64,000 bases of DNA from Alphaproteobacteria bacterium (GCA_045637985.1 JAZUAM010000011.1:2764-66763), one strand, 5' to 3'; counted from the first letter of the stretch, positions 28,487 to 38,813 are shown. Notes: a model not told the origin generated them from the letters alone. Translations and numbers: made by a program.

Positions 28487-29299
28487 CTAAAGCTTAAAAT
28501 TATTCCAGCTTTGCAAACAACTGTTATTAGCATAAACAGCTATTGAAGTGGCGGAAAAATAATTTTTGATTTCTTGATTGTCAATTGTTCTGACTATAGC
28601 TCCGGCCTCTTCTGCAATTAAAATTCCGGCAGCATAATCCCAAGGCTGGATTTCCAATTCCCAATACAAACCAAAACATCCTTTGGCAACACATGTTAAA
28701 TCTAAAACAGCAGCACCTAATCTTCTGACATCTAAACCTAACTTAAGACTTTTAACTGCAAGTTCCCACGTTTTGGCATGAAGAGATTCGTTATACGGAG
28801 ATGTTCCAAATACGATAAGAGAATTTTCTAACGGCTCTATAGACGTATGTATGGATTTTCCATTACAAAAAGCCCCTTTGCCGCGTTCTGCCCAAAACAT
28901 TTCATCTAAATAAGGATTATAAATTACCCCCAATATCGGCAAACCATCTTTAAGCAATGCGACCGAAATGCCGCTATGTTTAAGATTTTTAACAAAATTA
29001 CAGGTTCCGTCTATCGGATCACAAACAAAGCAAAAACCGCTCTTGTTATAATTTTGTTCGCCCTCCTCCCCTAAAAAACCGGCTTCCGGTAATATTTTGA
29101 GTAATTCGTTTTTGAGAATCTCTTGTACTTTAGTGTCATATTCCGTTACCAAATTTTTCGGATTATCGTTTTTTATATTTACGTTATCGGCAGAAACTTC
29201 TTTTATTATATTGCCACAAGAACGAACTATATCGATAATACTGTTAAGCATTTTTTCTTTCCTTTGAAATAACCTTGTCCAAACGTTCCAATTCATCAA
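28487..29299 (-). CDS. Inositol monophosphatase family protein (SuhB-like)
   Basis: GFLGEEGE and FVCDPIDGT metal-binding motifs. WDYAAG. Confidence 0.8.
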   Translation of the reverse strand: MMNWNVWTRLFQRKEKMLNSIIDIVRSCGNIIKEVSADNVNIKNDNPKNLVTEYDTKVQEILKNELLKILPEAGFLGEEGEQNYNKSGFCFVCDPIDGTCNFVKNLKHSGISVALLKDGLPILGVIYNPYLDEMFWAERGKGAFCNGKSIHTSIEPLENSLIVFGTSPYNESLHAKTWELAVKSLKLGLDVRRLGAAVLDLTCVAKGCFGLYWELEIQPWDYAAGILIAEEAGAIVRTIDNQEIKNYFSATSIAVYANNSCLQSWNNFKL

Positions 29300-31091
29300 T
29301 ATATCCGGATATTAAGCTTAAGCCTTTATTCCAAAATTTTGCATCTTTGGCATTCAGACCAAATGGCTTCAAAATTTCGTCATATTTCTTAACGCCTGTC
29401 AAAGATAACATTTCCAGATATTTGTCTGCAAAATTTTTCACTTTGCCTTCGCTGTATACTTGATATAGTGAATTAACCAAACAATCGGCAAAAGAGTATG
29501 CGTAAACATAAAACGGCTTCCAGAAAAAATGACCGACGACAGCCCAATTGTTCTCAGTAACTTCATCAATATTAACATATTTGCCAAGTGATGCCGACAT
29601 TTCTTCTCGCCATATTTGAGCAAGCCTCTCTTGCGACACCTCACCCTTACGACGTTCTTCGTGTACACGTGTTTCAAAGAAGTGAAAAGCTATTTGACGT
29701 ATTGCAGTATTAATCATATCATTAACTTTGCCGGCAATAAGACACAACCTTTCCTCATTTGTTTCGGCTTTTTTTAATAATGATTGAAACGTTAACATTT
29801 CAGCAAATACTGAAGCAACTTCTGCTAATGTAAGAGGTGTTGCATCATTCAAATCGCCTTGTTTTGAGCTAAGGCGCATATGACACCCGTGTCCTAATTC
29901 GTGAGCCAATGTCAAAACATCATTTTGTTTGCCGACAAAATTTAAAAATAAGTATGGATGATATGCGTCAGGTAACGGCATAGCAAAGGCCCCACTACGC
30001 TTTCCATCTCTGGGAGGAACATCTATCCATGAATTGTTTTTATTGAAAAAATCTTTTGCTAAATCGTATAGTTTCGGAGAAAACTCGTTGTAAGAACTCA
30101 GAACTGTTTTAACAGCTTCATCCCAACCATATTTTTTATCGCTTTCAAACGGAAGCGGAGCATTTCTGTCCCAATATTCGAGTTTTTTTACACCTAGCCA
30201 TTTTGCTTTTAGTTTATAGAAACGATGGGCAATATCAGCGTAATTTTCTTTGACTGTTTCGGCCAAAGATTTAACGGCTTTGTCATCAACACGATTTGCC
30301 AGATTTTGTGATGCAACGGGAGACTTAAAACCGCGTTTAATATCTTCAATCGACTTATCTTTTACCACCATATTGTAGTTCAAAGTGAATAAAGGAGCAT
30401 TTTCTTTGTATACTCTGGCAATCTCTCGCCCTGCTTTTTCCCTTATTTTTGCATCTTTTTCTAAAGTAAGCTTTGAAATTTCAGCATCATTATATTCTTT
30501 GCCATCAACAAAAAACTTTAATCTTGAAGATGTTTCTTCATACAATCGTTCCCACCCTTCACCGGATGTAACTGATTTTTCATGTAAAATTTCTTCAACC
30601 GCTTCAGATAATTCGTAATCTTTGAATGTTCTTATACGGTTTAACCACGGAGCAAAATAAGAGGCTTGAGAATCTTGCATCCATTCTTTTATTTTAGCTT
30701 CAGATAGTTGGTTTAACTCTAAAGACAAGAATATGGTCGGCTTGCTATAATCATTAAGCTTTTCAGAAATATTTTGATAAAAAGTCATTGCTTGAGCATT
30801 TTTCATTTGGGTAACCATATTCAAATATGCATATACGCCAAGTTTGTTACCTAACACCGATTTTTTTTCACATTCTTTTGCCATTTTGAAAAACTGTTTT
30901 GCATTAAGCTCTGCCAGCTTGCCTTTATATTTTTTGGCAAAATTTATCGCACTTTTCTTGTATTCCGCTAAATCTTTCTCGATTTGTTTATCATCAATAC
31001 TCTTATATAAATCAGACAAATCCCAAGATGGCAACTCATTCTTTTGGCAACATTTCTTTGTCAAAACTTTGGCTGTTTTCTTCATTTTCAA
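29244..31091 (-). CDS. pepF: Oligoendopeptidase F (M3B family)
   Basis: 615 aa. HELGHGCH HExxH motif in an M3-type context. Confidence 0.8.
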   Translation of the reverse strand: MKMKKTAKVLTKKCCQKNELPSWDLSDLYKSIDDKQIEKDLAEYKKSAINFAKKYKGKLAELNAKQFFKMAKECEKKSVLGNKLGVYAYLNMVTQMKNAQAMTFYQNISEKLNDYSKPTIFLSLELNQLSEAKIKEWMQDSQASYFAPWLNRIRTFKDYELSEAVEEILHEKSVTSGEGWERLYEETSSRLKFFVDGKEYNDAEISKLTLEKDAKIREKAGREIARVYKENAPLFTLNYNMVVKDKSIEDIKRGFKSPVASQNLANRVDDKAVKSLAETVKENYADIAHRFYKLKAKWLGVKKLEYWDRNAPLPFESDKKYGWDEAVKTVLSSYNEFSPKLYDLAKDFFNKNNSWIDVPPRDGKRSGAFAMPLPDAYHPYLFLNFVGKQNDVLTLAHELGHGCHMRLSSKQGDLNDATPLTLAEVASVFAEMLTFQSLLKKAETNEERLCLIAGKVNDMINTAIRQIAFHFFETRVHEERRKGEVSQERLAQIWREEMSASLGKYVNIDEVTENNWAVVGHFFWKPFYVYAYSFADCLVNSLYQVYSEGKVKNFADKYLEMLSLTGVKKYDEILKPFGLNAKDAKFWNKGLSLISGYIDELERLDKVISKERKNA

Positions 31092-31500
31092 GTTCCTCTC
31101 TCAATTTGTTTAATCGTTGCATTTCTTGTTCAACATCCGGATATTTTTGCAAATATTCGGCACGTTCTTCTTCATCAACAAAAGATACACTGTTTTCTAT
31201 TTCGGGTTCAAAAATATAATTACTCCAAGGGCGCTCTTGCTCGCCATTTAACCATTTTTTTATTCCGGAATTGATAACTTTTATATCACACCAGGTATTG
31301 TTAATTATTACCTTTGTACTGCATAATATATCCTTGTCACAGTCAATTAGCCGTGCCACCATATTTTGTGTACATTTGACAAAGCCTCGCTGTTTGGAAT
31401 CATGTTTAGGAGCCACGACTACGAGAACAAGCACAATAACAAAGATGCTCGTTAAACACCCCATAACCACACCAAACCAATATCGTTTGATTAATGACAT
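31036..31500 (-). CDS. Hypothetical membrane-anchored protein
   Basis: 154 aa. One N-terminal transmembrane helix, a Cys-containing middle and an acidic coiled C-terminus. It overlaps the pepF start by 56 nt. Confidence 0.4.
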   Translation of the reverse strand: MSLIKRYWFGVVMGCLTSIFVIVLVLVVVAPKHDSKQRGFVKCTQNMVARLIDCDKDILCSTKVIINNTWCDIKVINSGIKKWLNGEQERPWSNYIFEPEIENSVSFVDEEERAEYLQKYPDVEQEMQRLNKLREELENEENSQSFDKEMLPKE

Positions 31501-31512
31501 TTTATTCCTGTT

Positions 31513-32241
31513 TTATTGTTTTCTTTTTTTAATTAGCTCTTCCAATAAAGCGAGTTCTTCCAATGTGTTTGCTGCCGATGCTTCTTCTACCGGACATTCT
31601 ACAGCTGAACATTTCAACCCCATTCGAAGAGCAATCTCCACAGCATCTGTAAGATAATATTCTTGAGCTGCATTTTCATTACTTATAGATGCCAAAATAG
31701 AAAAAAGTTTTTCACCATCAAAACACATAATTCCGGAATTACAAAATGTGATTGCTTTTTCTTCGTCTGAAGCATCTTTAAACTCGACAATCCGTTTCAG
31801 ATCATCACCATCCATTATTAAACGACCGTATCTTGCCGGATCTTGCGGACGGAATCCCATACATACCACAGAATATCCTTGTCTTCTCTTGTGTAAAAGT
31901 TTTTTCATACTTTCTTGAGTATAAAGAGGCTGATCTCCAAATATAACCAACACATCACCTGTAAAGCCTCGAAATTCATCACGCGCAGCTAATACAGCAT
32001 GCCCTGTTCCAAGCTGTTTTTCCTGAATACATGTAGGATATGGCGATACTTCTTTTTTTACGGCATCGCCGTCAGGTGCTATTACAGTAACTATTTTATT
32101 TATTTTGAGTTTTTCCAAAGTATCAATAATGTGACGTATCATAGGCTTGCCGTCAACAGGCATCAAGACCTTAGGCAAATCAGACTTCATTCTTGTACCT
32201 TTGCCTGCTCCCAAAATAATTGCGCCAACCATATTACTCAT
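31513..32241 (-). CDS. GlmU-like N-acetylglucosamine-1-phosphate uridyltransferase domain only, with no LbH acetyltransferase domain
   Basis: 242 aa. GAGKGTRMKSDLPKVL, KQLGTGHAV, FGDQPL, DPARYGRL, EFKDASDEEK and AAQEYYLTD align along the GlmU N-terminal domain. The ORF stops where the left-handed beta-helix domain would begin. Confidence 0.7.
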   Translation of the reverse strand: MSNMVGAIILGAGKGTRMKSDLPKVLMPVDGKPMIRHIIDTLEKLKINKIVTVIAPDGDAVKKEVSPYPTCIQEKQLGTGHAVLAARDEFRGFTGDVLVIFGDQPLYTQESMKKLLHKRRQGYSVVCMGFRPQDPARYGRLIMDGDDLKRIVEFKDASDEEKAITFCNSGIMCFDGEKLFSILASISNENAAQEYYLTDAVEIALRMGLKCSAVECPVEEASAANTLEELALLEELIKKRKQ

Positions 32242-32328
32242 TAGTTTAAATCTCCTTTTATAACTTTTTTAATAACTTTATGTTATAATACATTTTATGA
32301 TGAAATAGTTAACAACGAGTGTCAAGTT

Positions 32329-34374
32329 ATGAAGAAACTTTTTTTTGCAATTTGTTTCAATTTACTGTTTTTGAATGCTGTTCAGGCTAAAATTTCCAGA
32401 ATAACAACTCAAGACAACATCAAACCGCAGGAACAAACCGTTTCTAATGAGGTAAAAAAAATAACGACTGAAGAGTTAAAAGGCTTGATAAAAGATAATT
32501 TTGAAAACGCAATTAAAGTTAATCCGGACGATATTAATCGTAATTTCGGTTATATTCCTAGTGTTGCACGTCAAATGCGCGAAAAAGAAAGCAAAAAAGG
32601 CGTTTTTCAAAAAATTTATGAGCAGGCTATTTCACGAATTGAAACCCCATCTCAAAATGTGGAGAATAATGTTTCGGAACCGATTTATCAAAATACTGAG
32701 ATACAAACCCAACAAGAAGAATGGAATAATTTATCAAATATCCCTTTTATAACCGCGTATCTTCCGCCAGATTACAGCTCATTCAATATTCCTGCTATGG
32801 AGCATATTCCTTATCTTATGAATTCAATTGAAGTGATGCAAAATGGTCTTGTGAAATTTGAAGAAACAATAGTTGTTGTTGCAAATGGTGAAAAAATAAC
32901 CAAAGGATTGATTAAAATATTACCTTTAAAAATATTTAATGCAAACGGACAAAGTAAAAACTTGGATTATTCGATAATAAATGTTCAAGTTAATGATACG
33001 CCCGTAAAATACAAATTAACTTCTAACAATGACAATGTTTTTCTTTCTCCCGAAACAGATTATCAGCTTACTCCGGGAGTATATACATATAAGTTTGAGT
33101 ATTTGGTTGATAACTTGCTGTGGGATTATAAAGATTTTTATCAGTTGTACTGGGACGTCGGCAGCAATGGTTGGAATCTTGTGACAGATCGTCTTGGCGC
33201 CAGTTTGGCTTTGCCCCAATCCGGAGGACTTTTGCAAGAACAAATTTTGCTCGGTTCGGCTCAAAGATTAAATTATGATGCCGTTGATATATACACTAAC
33301 GGTCCTTTTGCTAAAGCTTATATCGCTAAGCGCCCTCTGTTTGCCGGTGAAGGAATGCATTTGATTGCAGATATTGATAAAAATATCTTGTTGCCAGAAA
33401 CTTGGTGGCAAAAAATATTCAGATTTCTTTATAGCCGAGGTGATGTTTATCTGTCATTACTGGGGCTGATAATTGTTACGTTGTCTTTTGTTGTTTCTTG
33501 GCGTTATATAAGCAAGGATAAGGGATTGCAAAAAATGCCACTCAACAAATCAGCCATGGTGATACGTTACTTGTTACTGAATCGTTTTGATATAAAATCA
33601 GCTTGCGGTTTTTTGTTGGAATTATACAGAAAAAATATTATTGACATCCAACAGTCCGGCGATACTATTTTGCTGATTAAACGAACAGATAACATTAAAA
33701 GCCTTTTGACCTATGAACAAAAAGCCATTAAACAGCTTTTTCCGACACACGAAACAACTTTCAGCATAAGCAAAAACAATTTGTTGCCATTGAAACGTTT
33801 TGCAAAATATCTGGAAAAAGGTCTGAAAAAGCAGATGATTAGATTTCAACTGAAATTAAATACCGGATATTTATTATTTAGTTTTGCAATGTTATTTTTA
33901 ACCGAATTATCCGTAGCCTTTTTTAAGATAAACTCTCCTTATGTTTTCGGAATACTTGCTCTAACGACTATCGGTTGTTTTTTTGCAACGGCTCTTTGGT
34001 GTTTCGGTGACAAAAAATGGATGAAATTTTTAGCCAGACTTGTATCAATTGATGTTGTTTTTATGTGTTTAGTGGCATTTTCTGCGGTTGTAAATCCGTT
34101 GGCTTCAATATTCCTGATTATAACGGTAGTTGTTATAGTTATAGCACTGCAAATATACTCTAAACGTCTGGGACTTATAAAACAATATATTCAAGATGTT
34201 GCCAAACAAAAGGACTATATATTACAACATCGTGATAATATTGTTTTGGGAAAAGACTTTTTGAATTATCAAGCTGCCATTTGGGCCTTTGATTTGGAAA
34301 ATGAGTTTGCAAACAGTAATAAACAAGAGTATAACAAATTACAAGTTGTTAAAAATATAGCTGATTGTTTTTAG
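32329..34374 (+). CDS. Large secreted/membrane protein, DUF2207-like architecture
   Basis: 681 aa. Signal peptide MKKLFFAICFNLLFLNAVQA. About 350 aa of extracytoplasmic domain, then several C-terminal transmembrane helices. Confidence 0.5.
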   Translation: MKKLFFAICFNLLFLNAVQAKISRITTQDNIKPQEQTVSNEVKKITTEELKGLIKDNFENAIKVNPDDINRNFGYIPSVARQMREKESKKGVFQKIYEQAISRIETPSQNVENNVSEPIYQNTEIQTQQEEWNNLSNIPFITAYLPPDYSSFNIPAMEHIPYLMNSIEVMQNGLVKFEETIVVVANGEKITKGLIKILPLKIFNANGQSKNLDYSIINVQVNDTPVKYKLTSNNDNVFLSPETDYQLTPGVYTYKFEYLVDNLLWDYKDFYQLYWDVGSNGWNLVTDRLGASLALPQSGGLLQEQILLGSAQRLNYDAVDIYTNGPFAKAYIAKRPLFAGEGMHLIADIDKNILLPETWWQKIFRFLYSRGDVYLSLLGLIIVTLSFVVSWRYISKDKGLQKMPLNKSAMVIRYLLLNRFDIKSACGFLLELYRKNIIDIQQSGDTILLIKRTDNIKSLLTYEQKAIKQLFPTHETTFSISKNNLLPLKRFAKYLEKGLKKQMIRFQLKLNTGYLLFSFAMLFLTELSVAFFKINSPYVFGILALTTIGCFFATALWCFGDKKWMKFLARLVSIDVVFMCLVAFSAVVNPLASIFLIITVVVIVIALQIYSKRLGLIKQYIQDVAKQKDYILQHRDNIVLGKDFLNYQAAIWAFDLENEFANSNKQEYNKLQVVKNIADCF

Positions 34375-34398
34375 TACTATTTGTATAAAAGCATTACT

Positions 34399-35205
34399 TT
34401 AGCGGACGACATCTTCCAAATTCTCAAAAACCTTTTTGGCAGTGTGAAGAGCATCATCGGATTTTTGAGGCTTTCCGGCATATGTTAAAGAATATTGCAT
34501 CACCTTAAAACCGAAAGGATTGGTTGTATAATCCATTTTTTCTTCGTCTGTTTTTTCAATATCTTCGTATTTATCAAATTCAAGATACTGTATGCGTAAG
34601 TATGCTCGCCAATTAATTATATCAGGTTCCGGCATATCTTTTGTGGAAGTGTATGTTTTAAATGCCGCCATCCATAAATTATCAGTTAATCGACGTATTT
34701 GCTCTATTTCGACCTTCCGTCTCATTCGCAGACGAATAAAAGTTTTCAGTTGCTCTTTGTCTTGCTTGTTTACAAAATCATAATAATTACGCAGTCCGGA
34801 ATACCAATAAAATTTGGAATTTGTATCCCAACGATAATACAGGTCGGCTGTTGATCTGGGAATTGCATGTCTTGCTCTGACATATTCATCAATATATTTT
34901 TCAGTGAGCAAATCTCTTAGCTTAATTGCTGTTGTTGAAGACTGAACTTGTTCCAAACCATATGATACTTGATTTATTTTATAAAACATGGGAGAAGATG
35001 TTTTTTGTGGCAATAATAAGTAAATTGTCATGGTTAATATTATCGTTAAGCAAAAACTTATTACTGCAAAAATAACCAGTATTCGTGATGTCCAAAGATA
35101 TCGTCTTTCAGGGAATGAATTTATATGAAATCTTTCGGGATAAAGTCCAAGTTTATCAGGACTTTTTTTATCTCGATAGCGGAATACTGTTGAAAAAATA
35201 CTCAT
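34399..35205 (-). CDS. VirB8-family type IV secretion protein (paralog 1)
   Basis: 268 aa. Cytoplasmic N-terminus, ERRYLW, one transmembrane helix, LPQK, FYKIN and a C-terminal NPFGFKVMQY. Same order as VirB8 ERRAW-TM-LPLK...NPLGFxVxxY. Confidence 0.6.
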   Translation of the reverse strand: MSIFSTVFRYRDKKSPDKLGLYPERFHINSFPERRYLWTSRILVIFAVISFCLTIILTMTIYLLLPQKTSSPMFYKINQVSYGLEQVQSSTTAIKLRDLLTEKYIDEYVRARHAIPRSTADLYYRWDTNSKFYWYSGLRNYYDFVNKQDKEQLKTFIRLRMRRKVEIEQIRRLTDNLWMAAFKTYTSTKDMPEPDIINWRAYLRIQYLEFDKYEDIEKTDEEKMDYTTNPFGFKVMQYSLTYAGKPQKSDDALHTAKKVFENLEDVVR

Positions 35206-35217
35206 CCGAAGAGATCC

Positions 35218-35997
35218 TTAATATGCATATTGTTCTGATCGGACTTCTTTTGCCGTATTCAGATAACTTTGGGCATCATCGGGGGTGCCGACATATGATA
35301 AAGCATAATTTGTTATCAAGAAGCCAAACGGATTTTGATCTCTTAGAGATTTATTTTCATATGGAATCGGCGCCATAGTTGCGCGAACATATGCTCGCCA
35401 AATATTAATAATCGGAACTGTTTCACCGGGATAATAGTCCATTGTAATAAATTGAGCCTGCCAAAAACCTTTGGATATGGGCTTAATCCATTCTACCTCT
35501 GCCAAACGAACCAACCCTCGCATTTTGAAAGAGTTAATATTATTATTGATATCATTAGAAACAAAATCTTGATAAACTTTTCTGGATGACATCCAAAACA
35601 ATCTTGACCCTCTGCCCCAACGTGTCATTAACTCATCATAATCTGCTGTGATAGCATGACGCATTAAAATATATTCTTCTATAAAAGCTTCCGCAAGAAG
35701 ATCAATAGCAGCAACCGGTCTGATATGTCTTTCCAGAACATCTAATTGGCTTGAATGCTTAGAATACTGAAATAAAAGAGGATAAGCACTACGCTGAGGC
35801 AACATAAGGTAGATTGCCGATACCAACGTCATATTGAAACATATGCTTAAAGAAGCAAATATAACCAATAATCTTGAACTCCATAAATAGCGTCGCTCAG
35901 GCATTGCACTTGTGTGAATGGCCTCAGGATAAAGCCCCAACTTATCAGGGCTTTTTTTCTCCTTATATTTGAATACGGTCTTTAGTAAATCCAGCAT
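35218..35997 (-). CDS. VirB8-family type IV secretion protein (paralog 2)
   Basis: 259 aa. N-terminal 50 residues strongly similar to paralog 1 (KEKKSPDKLGLYPE...PERRYLWSSRLLVIFA). C-terminal NPFGFLITNYAL. Confidence 0.6.
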   Translation of the reverse strand: MLDLLKTVFKYKEKKSPDKLGLYPEAIHTSAMPERRYLWSSRLLVIFASLSICFNMTLVSAIYLMLPQRSAYPLLFQYSKHSSQLDVLERHIRPVAAIDLLAEAFIEEYILMRHAITADYDELMTRWGRGSRLFWMSSRKVYQDFVSNDINNNINSFKMRGLVRLAEVEWIKPISKGFWQAQFITMDYYPGETVPIINIWRAYVRATMAPIPYENKSLRDQNPFGFLITNYALSYVGTPDDAQSYLNTAKEVRSEQYAY

Positions 35998-36171
35998 TTG
36001 GCCTCGTTTTGTTCAGCTATATATCTTGTATATTAACTCATTATATGCGGTAAAAATATCTTTTTTATTAATTTTATACAACAAAGTTGAATAAAAGCAA
36101 ATAAATACTGTTAATATTTAAAATATTGATATAATCTGCTTGTAGTTAGTGCTTGTTTTAAGGTTAGGGTT

Positions 36172-38064
36172 ATGAAAAAAATAATTGTAATATTTAGTTT
36201 TTTTGCTTTATTGATTGCAGCTTGTTCCAATGTTGAATATGTGGATATAGATGCTCCGGCTCCGGCGGCATATACAGATTGGGACAGAGCAATCAGAATC
36301 GATACTGATTTGCAAACGATGTATTCCAATACTCCGCGTAAAATTCAAAAACCTATTGATATGTATATGGCTTTTGCTCTTGCGTTGAAATATAATTACA
36401 CAAGACGACTTGTAAGCTATCAACAAAGTATGGTGGAAGTCGGCATGAGTCCTGAAAACCGCTTACCGGAAATTTTTTCGTCTGCAGGTTATGTTAATAC
36501 TGATAACTCAAATGCAATGGACTCTGAGTTAAAGTTGGCTTGGAATATCTTGGATATAAGTACTGTTTATTATCAAAGTAAGGATGATTGGTATCAATCC
36601 AGTGTTGCCTATGAACAAAGCCGTAAAGTAATTCATAATCTTATGCAAGAAACACGTATTTTGTATTGGAAAGCTTTGACTGCTCAAAGATTGTTACCGT
36701 TGATTGATGATATGATAGAATATATGACTCTTGATGTTGATGAACTTAATGCAAAAACATCTGAGTTAGCTCAATATGGAAAAAGCTTGAGCGTTGCAGA
36801 GCTTGAACGCAAAAGAGAATTTATGGAAGCAACTAAAGAATTATCGGCTTTGAAACGAGATCTTGAAACTGCTGAAGTACGACTTGTTTCATTAATGGGT
36901 TTTCATCCGTCGACAGAAATAAAATTGGTAGGAAAAGAAGACGGAAATTATGATTTACCCGAAATCAAAAGTTCCTTGAGCGAAATGGAATGGATTGCAT
37001 TAAATAATCGCCCGGAATTAAGAGCGCGTGATTTGGTAACTAATATTGATGAAGTTATAGCATCATTTAAGATATTTTCGAATCCCGGAGATACAAAGTA
37101 TCAAAAAGATGCAAGTTACTATAACAGAGCTTGGTCTAAAAAAGCTAAAGAAGTAGGTATGGCGGTTTTTGAAGATGTACGTGATCCAAAATATTTTGAA
37201 GCAGAAGCTTTGAGACGTCAACGTATGACCAATCTTGTATTAACTCAAGTGTATGTAGCTTGGGCACGTTATATGTCTTCTTTGGAAGATTATCGTATTG
37301 CTGATGAACTGGCAAATGCATCTGAAGATATTGCCGAAGACAGCACTGTTTCGGTCGGTGCGCGTTCTGCTAAGGCTCAATTAGATGCTTCCAGAGCTGT
37401 TGAAGATGAAGCAGAAGCAATGCTGGCTTATGTAAATTTGCAAGATGCGTTAGGTAATTTGTATGCAACATTGGGAATGGATGCAATTCCTTATTATATG
37501 TTAAATGAAAAACCATCAAAAATTGCCGTATATTTACGTGGAGTTTTAGAAAAATGGCGAAAAGGAGAGTTTTTGCCGGATAACCGTCCGTATATGTTGG
37601 ATGTTCCGACCAAACGTCCGCCTGTAAATCTGTCGTCTTCAACATTGATGCCTGATTTAACTTTGGAAAGCGGACAAAAGTTTGAAGTTGTTATTCCGAT
37701 GTCATTAATAAACAAAATGGACTTCAAAGGAAAAATAACATATAAAGCAGGTATGATTGATGATTCTCCGTTGCCTGATTGGGTGATGTTTGACGAAGAT
37801 AAAAGAGCTTTTGTCGGAATGGCGATGCCCGGAAATGTCGGCACATATCGTTTGAAGGCTTATATATCTGATGAGGAAGGTCGTGTTGCATATGTTACTT
37901 TTGCAATAAAAATCACCGATGTATATGTTCCATCTGTCAAACTTATGGGACTTACGGAAGGAAGAACAGCCCAAGTCTTAAAAAGATGTGTCGGACGTCA
38001 ATGCTCTGATGAATATATAGCAACAGATGTTATTGGAGAAGATGTATCGAAACAGGCAAATTAG
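36172..38064 (+). CDS. Lipoprotein with an outer-membrane-factor (TolC/NodT-like) N-terminal region and a C-terminal putative Ig-like/cadherin-like domain
   Basis: 630 aa. Lipobox LLIAACS. OMF-like coiled repeats (LKLAWNILDISTVYYQSKDDW...). The C-terminal LPDWVMFDEDKRAFVGMAMPGNVGTYRLKAYISDEEG resembles a putative Ig domain. Confidence 0.45.
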   Translation: MKKIIVIFSFFALLIAACSNVEYVDIDAPAPAAYTDWDRAIRIDTDLQTMYSNTPRKIQKPIDMYMAFALALKYNYTRRLVSYQQSMVEVGMSPENRLPEIFSSAGYVNTDNSNAMDSELKLAWNILDISTVYYQSKDDWYQSSVAYEQSRKVIHNLMQETRILYWKALTAQRLLPLIDDMIEYMTLDVDELNAKTSELAQYGKSLSVAELERKREFMEATKELSALKRDLETAEVRLVSLMGFHPSTEIKLVGKEDGNYDLPEIKSSLSEMEWIALNNRPELRARDLVTNIDEVIASFKIFSNPGDTKYQKDASYYNRAWSKKAKEVGMAVFEDVRDPKYFEAEALRRQRMTNLVLTQVYVAWARYMSSLEDYRIADELANASEDIAEDSTVSVGARSAKAQLDASRAVEDEAEAMLAYVNLQDALGNLYATLGMDAIPYYMLNEKPSKIAVYLRGVLEKWRKGEFLPDNRPYMLDVPTKRPPVNLSSSTLMPDLTLESGQKFEVVIPMSLINKMDFKGKITYKAGMIDDSPLPDWVMFDEDKRAFVGMAMPGNVGTYRLKAYISDEEGRVAYVTFAIKITDVYVPSVKLMGLTEGRTAQVLKRCVGRQCSDEYIATDVIGEDVSKQAN

Positions 38065-38067
38065 CTT

Positions 38068-38096
38068 ATACCCCGAGATATCCTCGGGGTATTTTA
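38068..38096 (+). terminator. Rho-independent terminator
   Basis: CCCCGAG/CTCGGGG 7-bp stem followed by a U-rich tail. Confidence 0.6.
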
Positions 38097-38102
38097 TGTG
38101 AG

Positions 38103-38636
38103 ATGACCATGAAATTATATCACTATATCGCAAAACCCAATACAGCATTGAGAGAAGGAATTTTATCTTTTGCTAAAAATCCTAATGCTGATTTGAGATA
38201 TTACTTTAAGCGCTCCGGTGAAATAACCCACGATGGTATCGTAAAATGGATGGAAAGCTGTTTTGAAGGTAGAAGTCGTGCTATTCGAGGTTTTTCTGAG
38301 CCTATTAAGTGGACTGATAAAAGTATCAATATGTTTAAACCTTTTATTGAAAACGCTGATATGTTTTCAATAAATTTAGAGGCTTTGAACAAAGATGGTT
38401 TAATTGAGGCTGTTTATATCAGCCCTGCAATTCGTCCTGATTTGGATAAAGATTTTCCGCAAGATGTTGATGAGCGGTTGCTTAAATTGTCTTCAATTAA
38501 CGATATTGATAACTCTCCGGTAGATTGGTCTGTTTGTGATGAAAAGCTAGGATTAAGATTTTCCGTTGTTCCTTATTACTTGATTGTAATTAAAGGTGGA
38601 ATTATACCACCAAAGTATATAGAAAAAGAAGTCTGA
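38103..38636 (+). CDS. Hypothetical protein
   Basis: 177 aa. No motif recognised. Confidence 0.4.
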   Translation: MTMKLYHYIAKPNTALREGILSFAKNPNADLRYYFKRSGEITHDGIVKWMESCFEGRSRAIRGFSEPIKWTDKSINMFKPFIENADMFSINLEALNKDGLIEAVYISPAIRPDLDKDFPQDVDERLLKLSSINDIDNSPVDWSVCDEKLGLRFSVVPYYLIVIKGGIIPPKYIEKEV

Positions 38637-38813
38637 GATACCCAAATACTGGAGATACTTTGGTAAAAACCACAAAAGAGATGAAACAAGAGCCATAAAT
38701 GAAATATATTGACTTTTAAGGCGCAAAAATTATCATAATACGTTATGATTGTGTGATAAAAGTTGCAACAAATTTAACTTAACATATTATTTTTGCTCGA
38801 ATTTTATCTTTAG

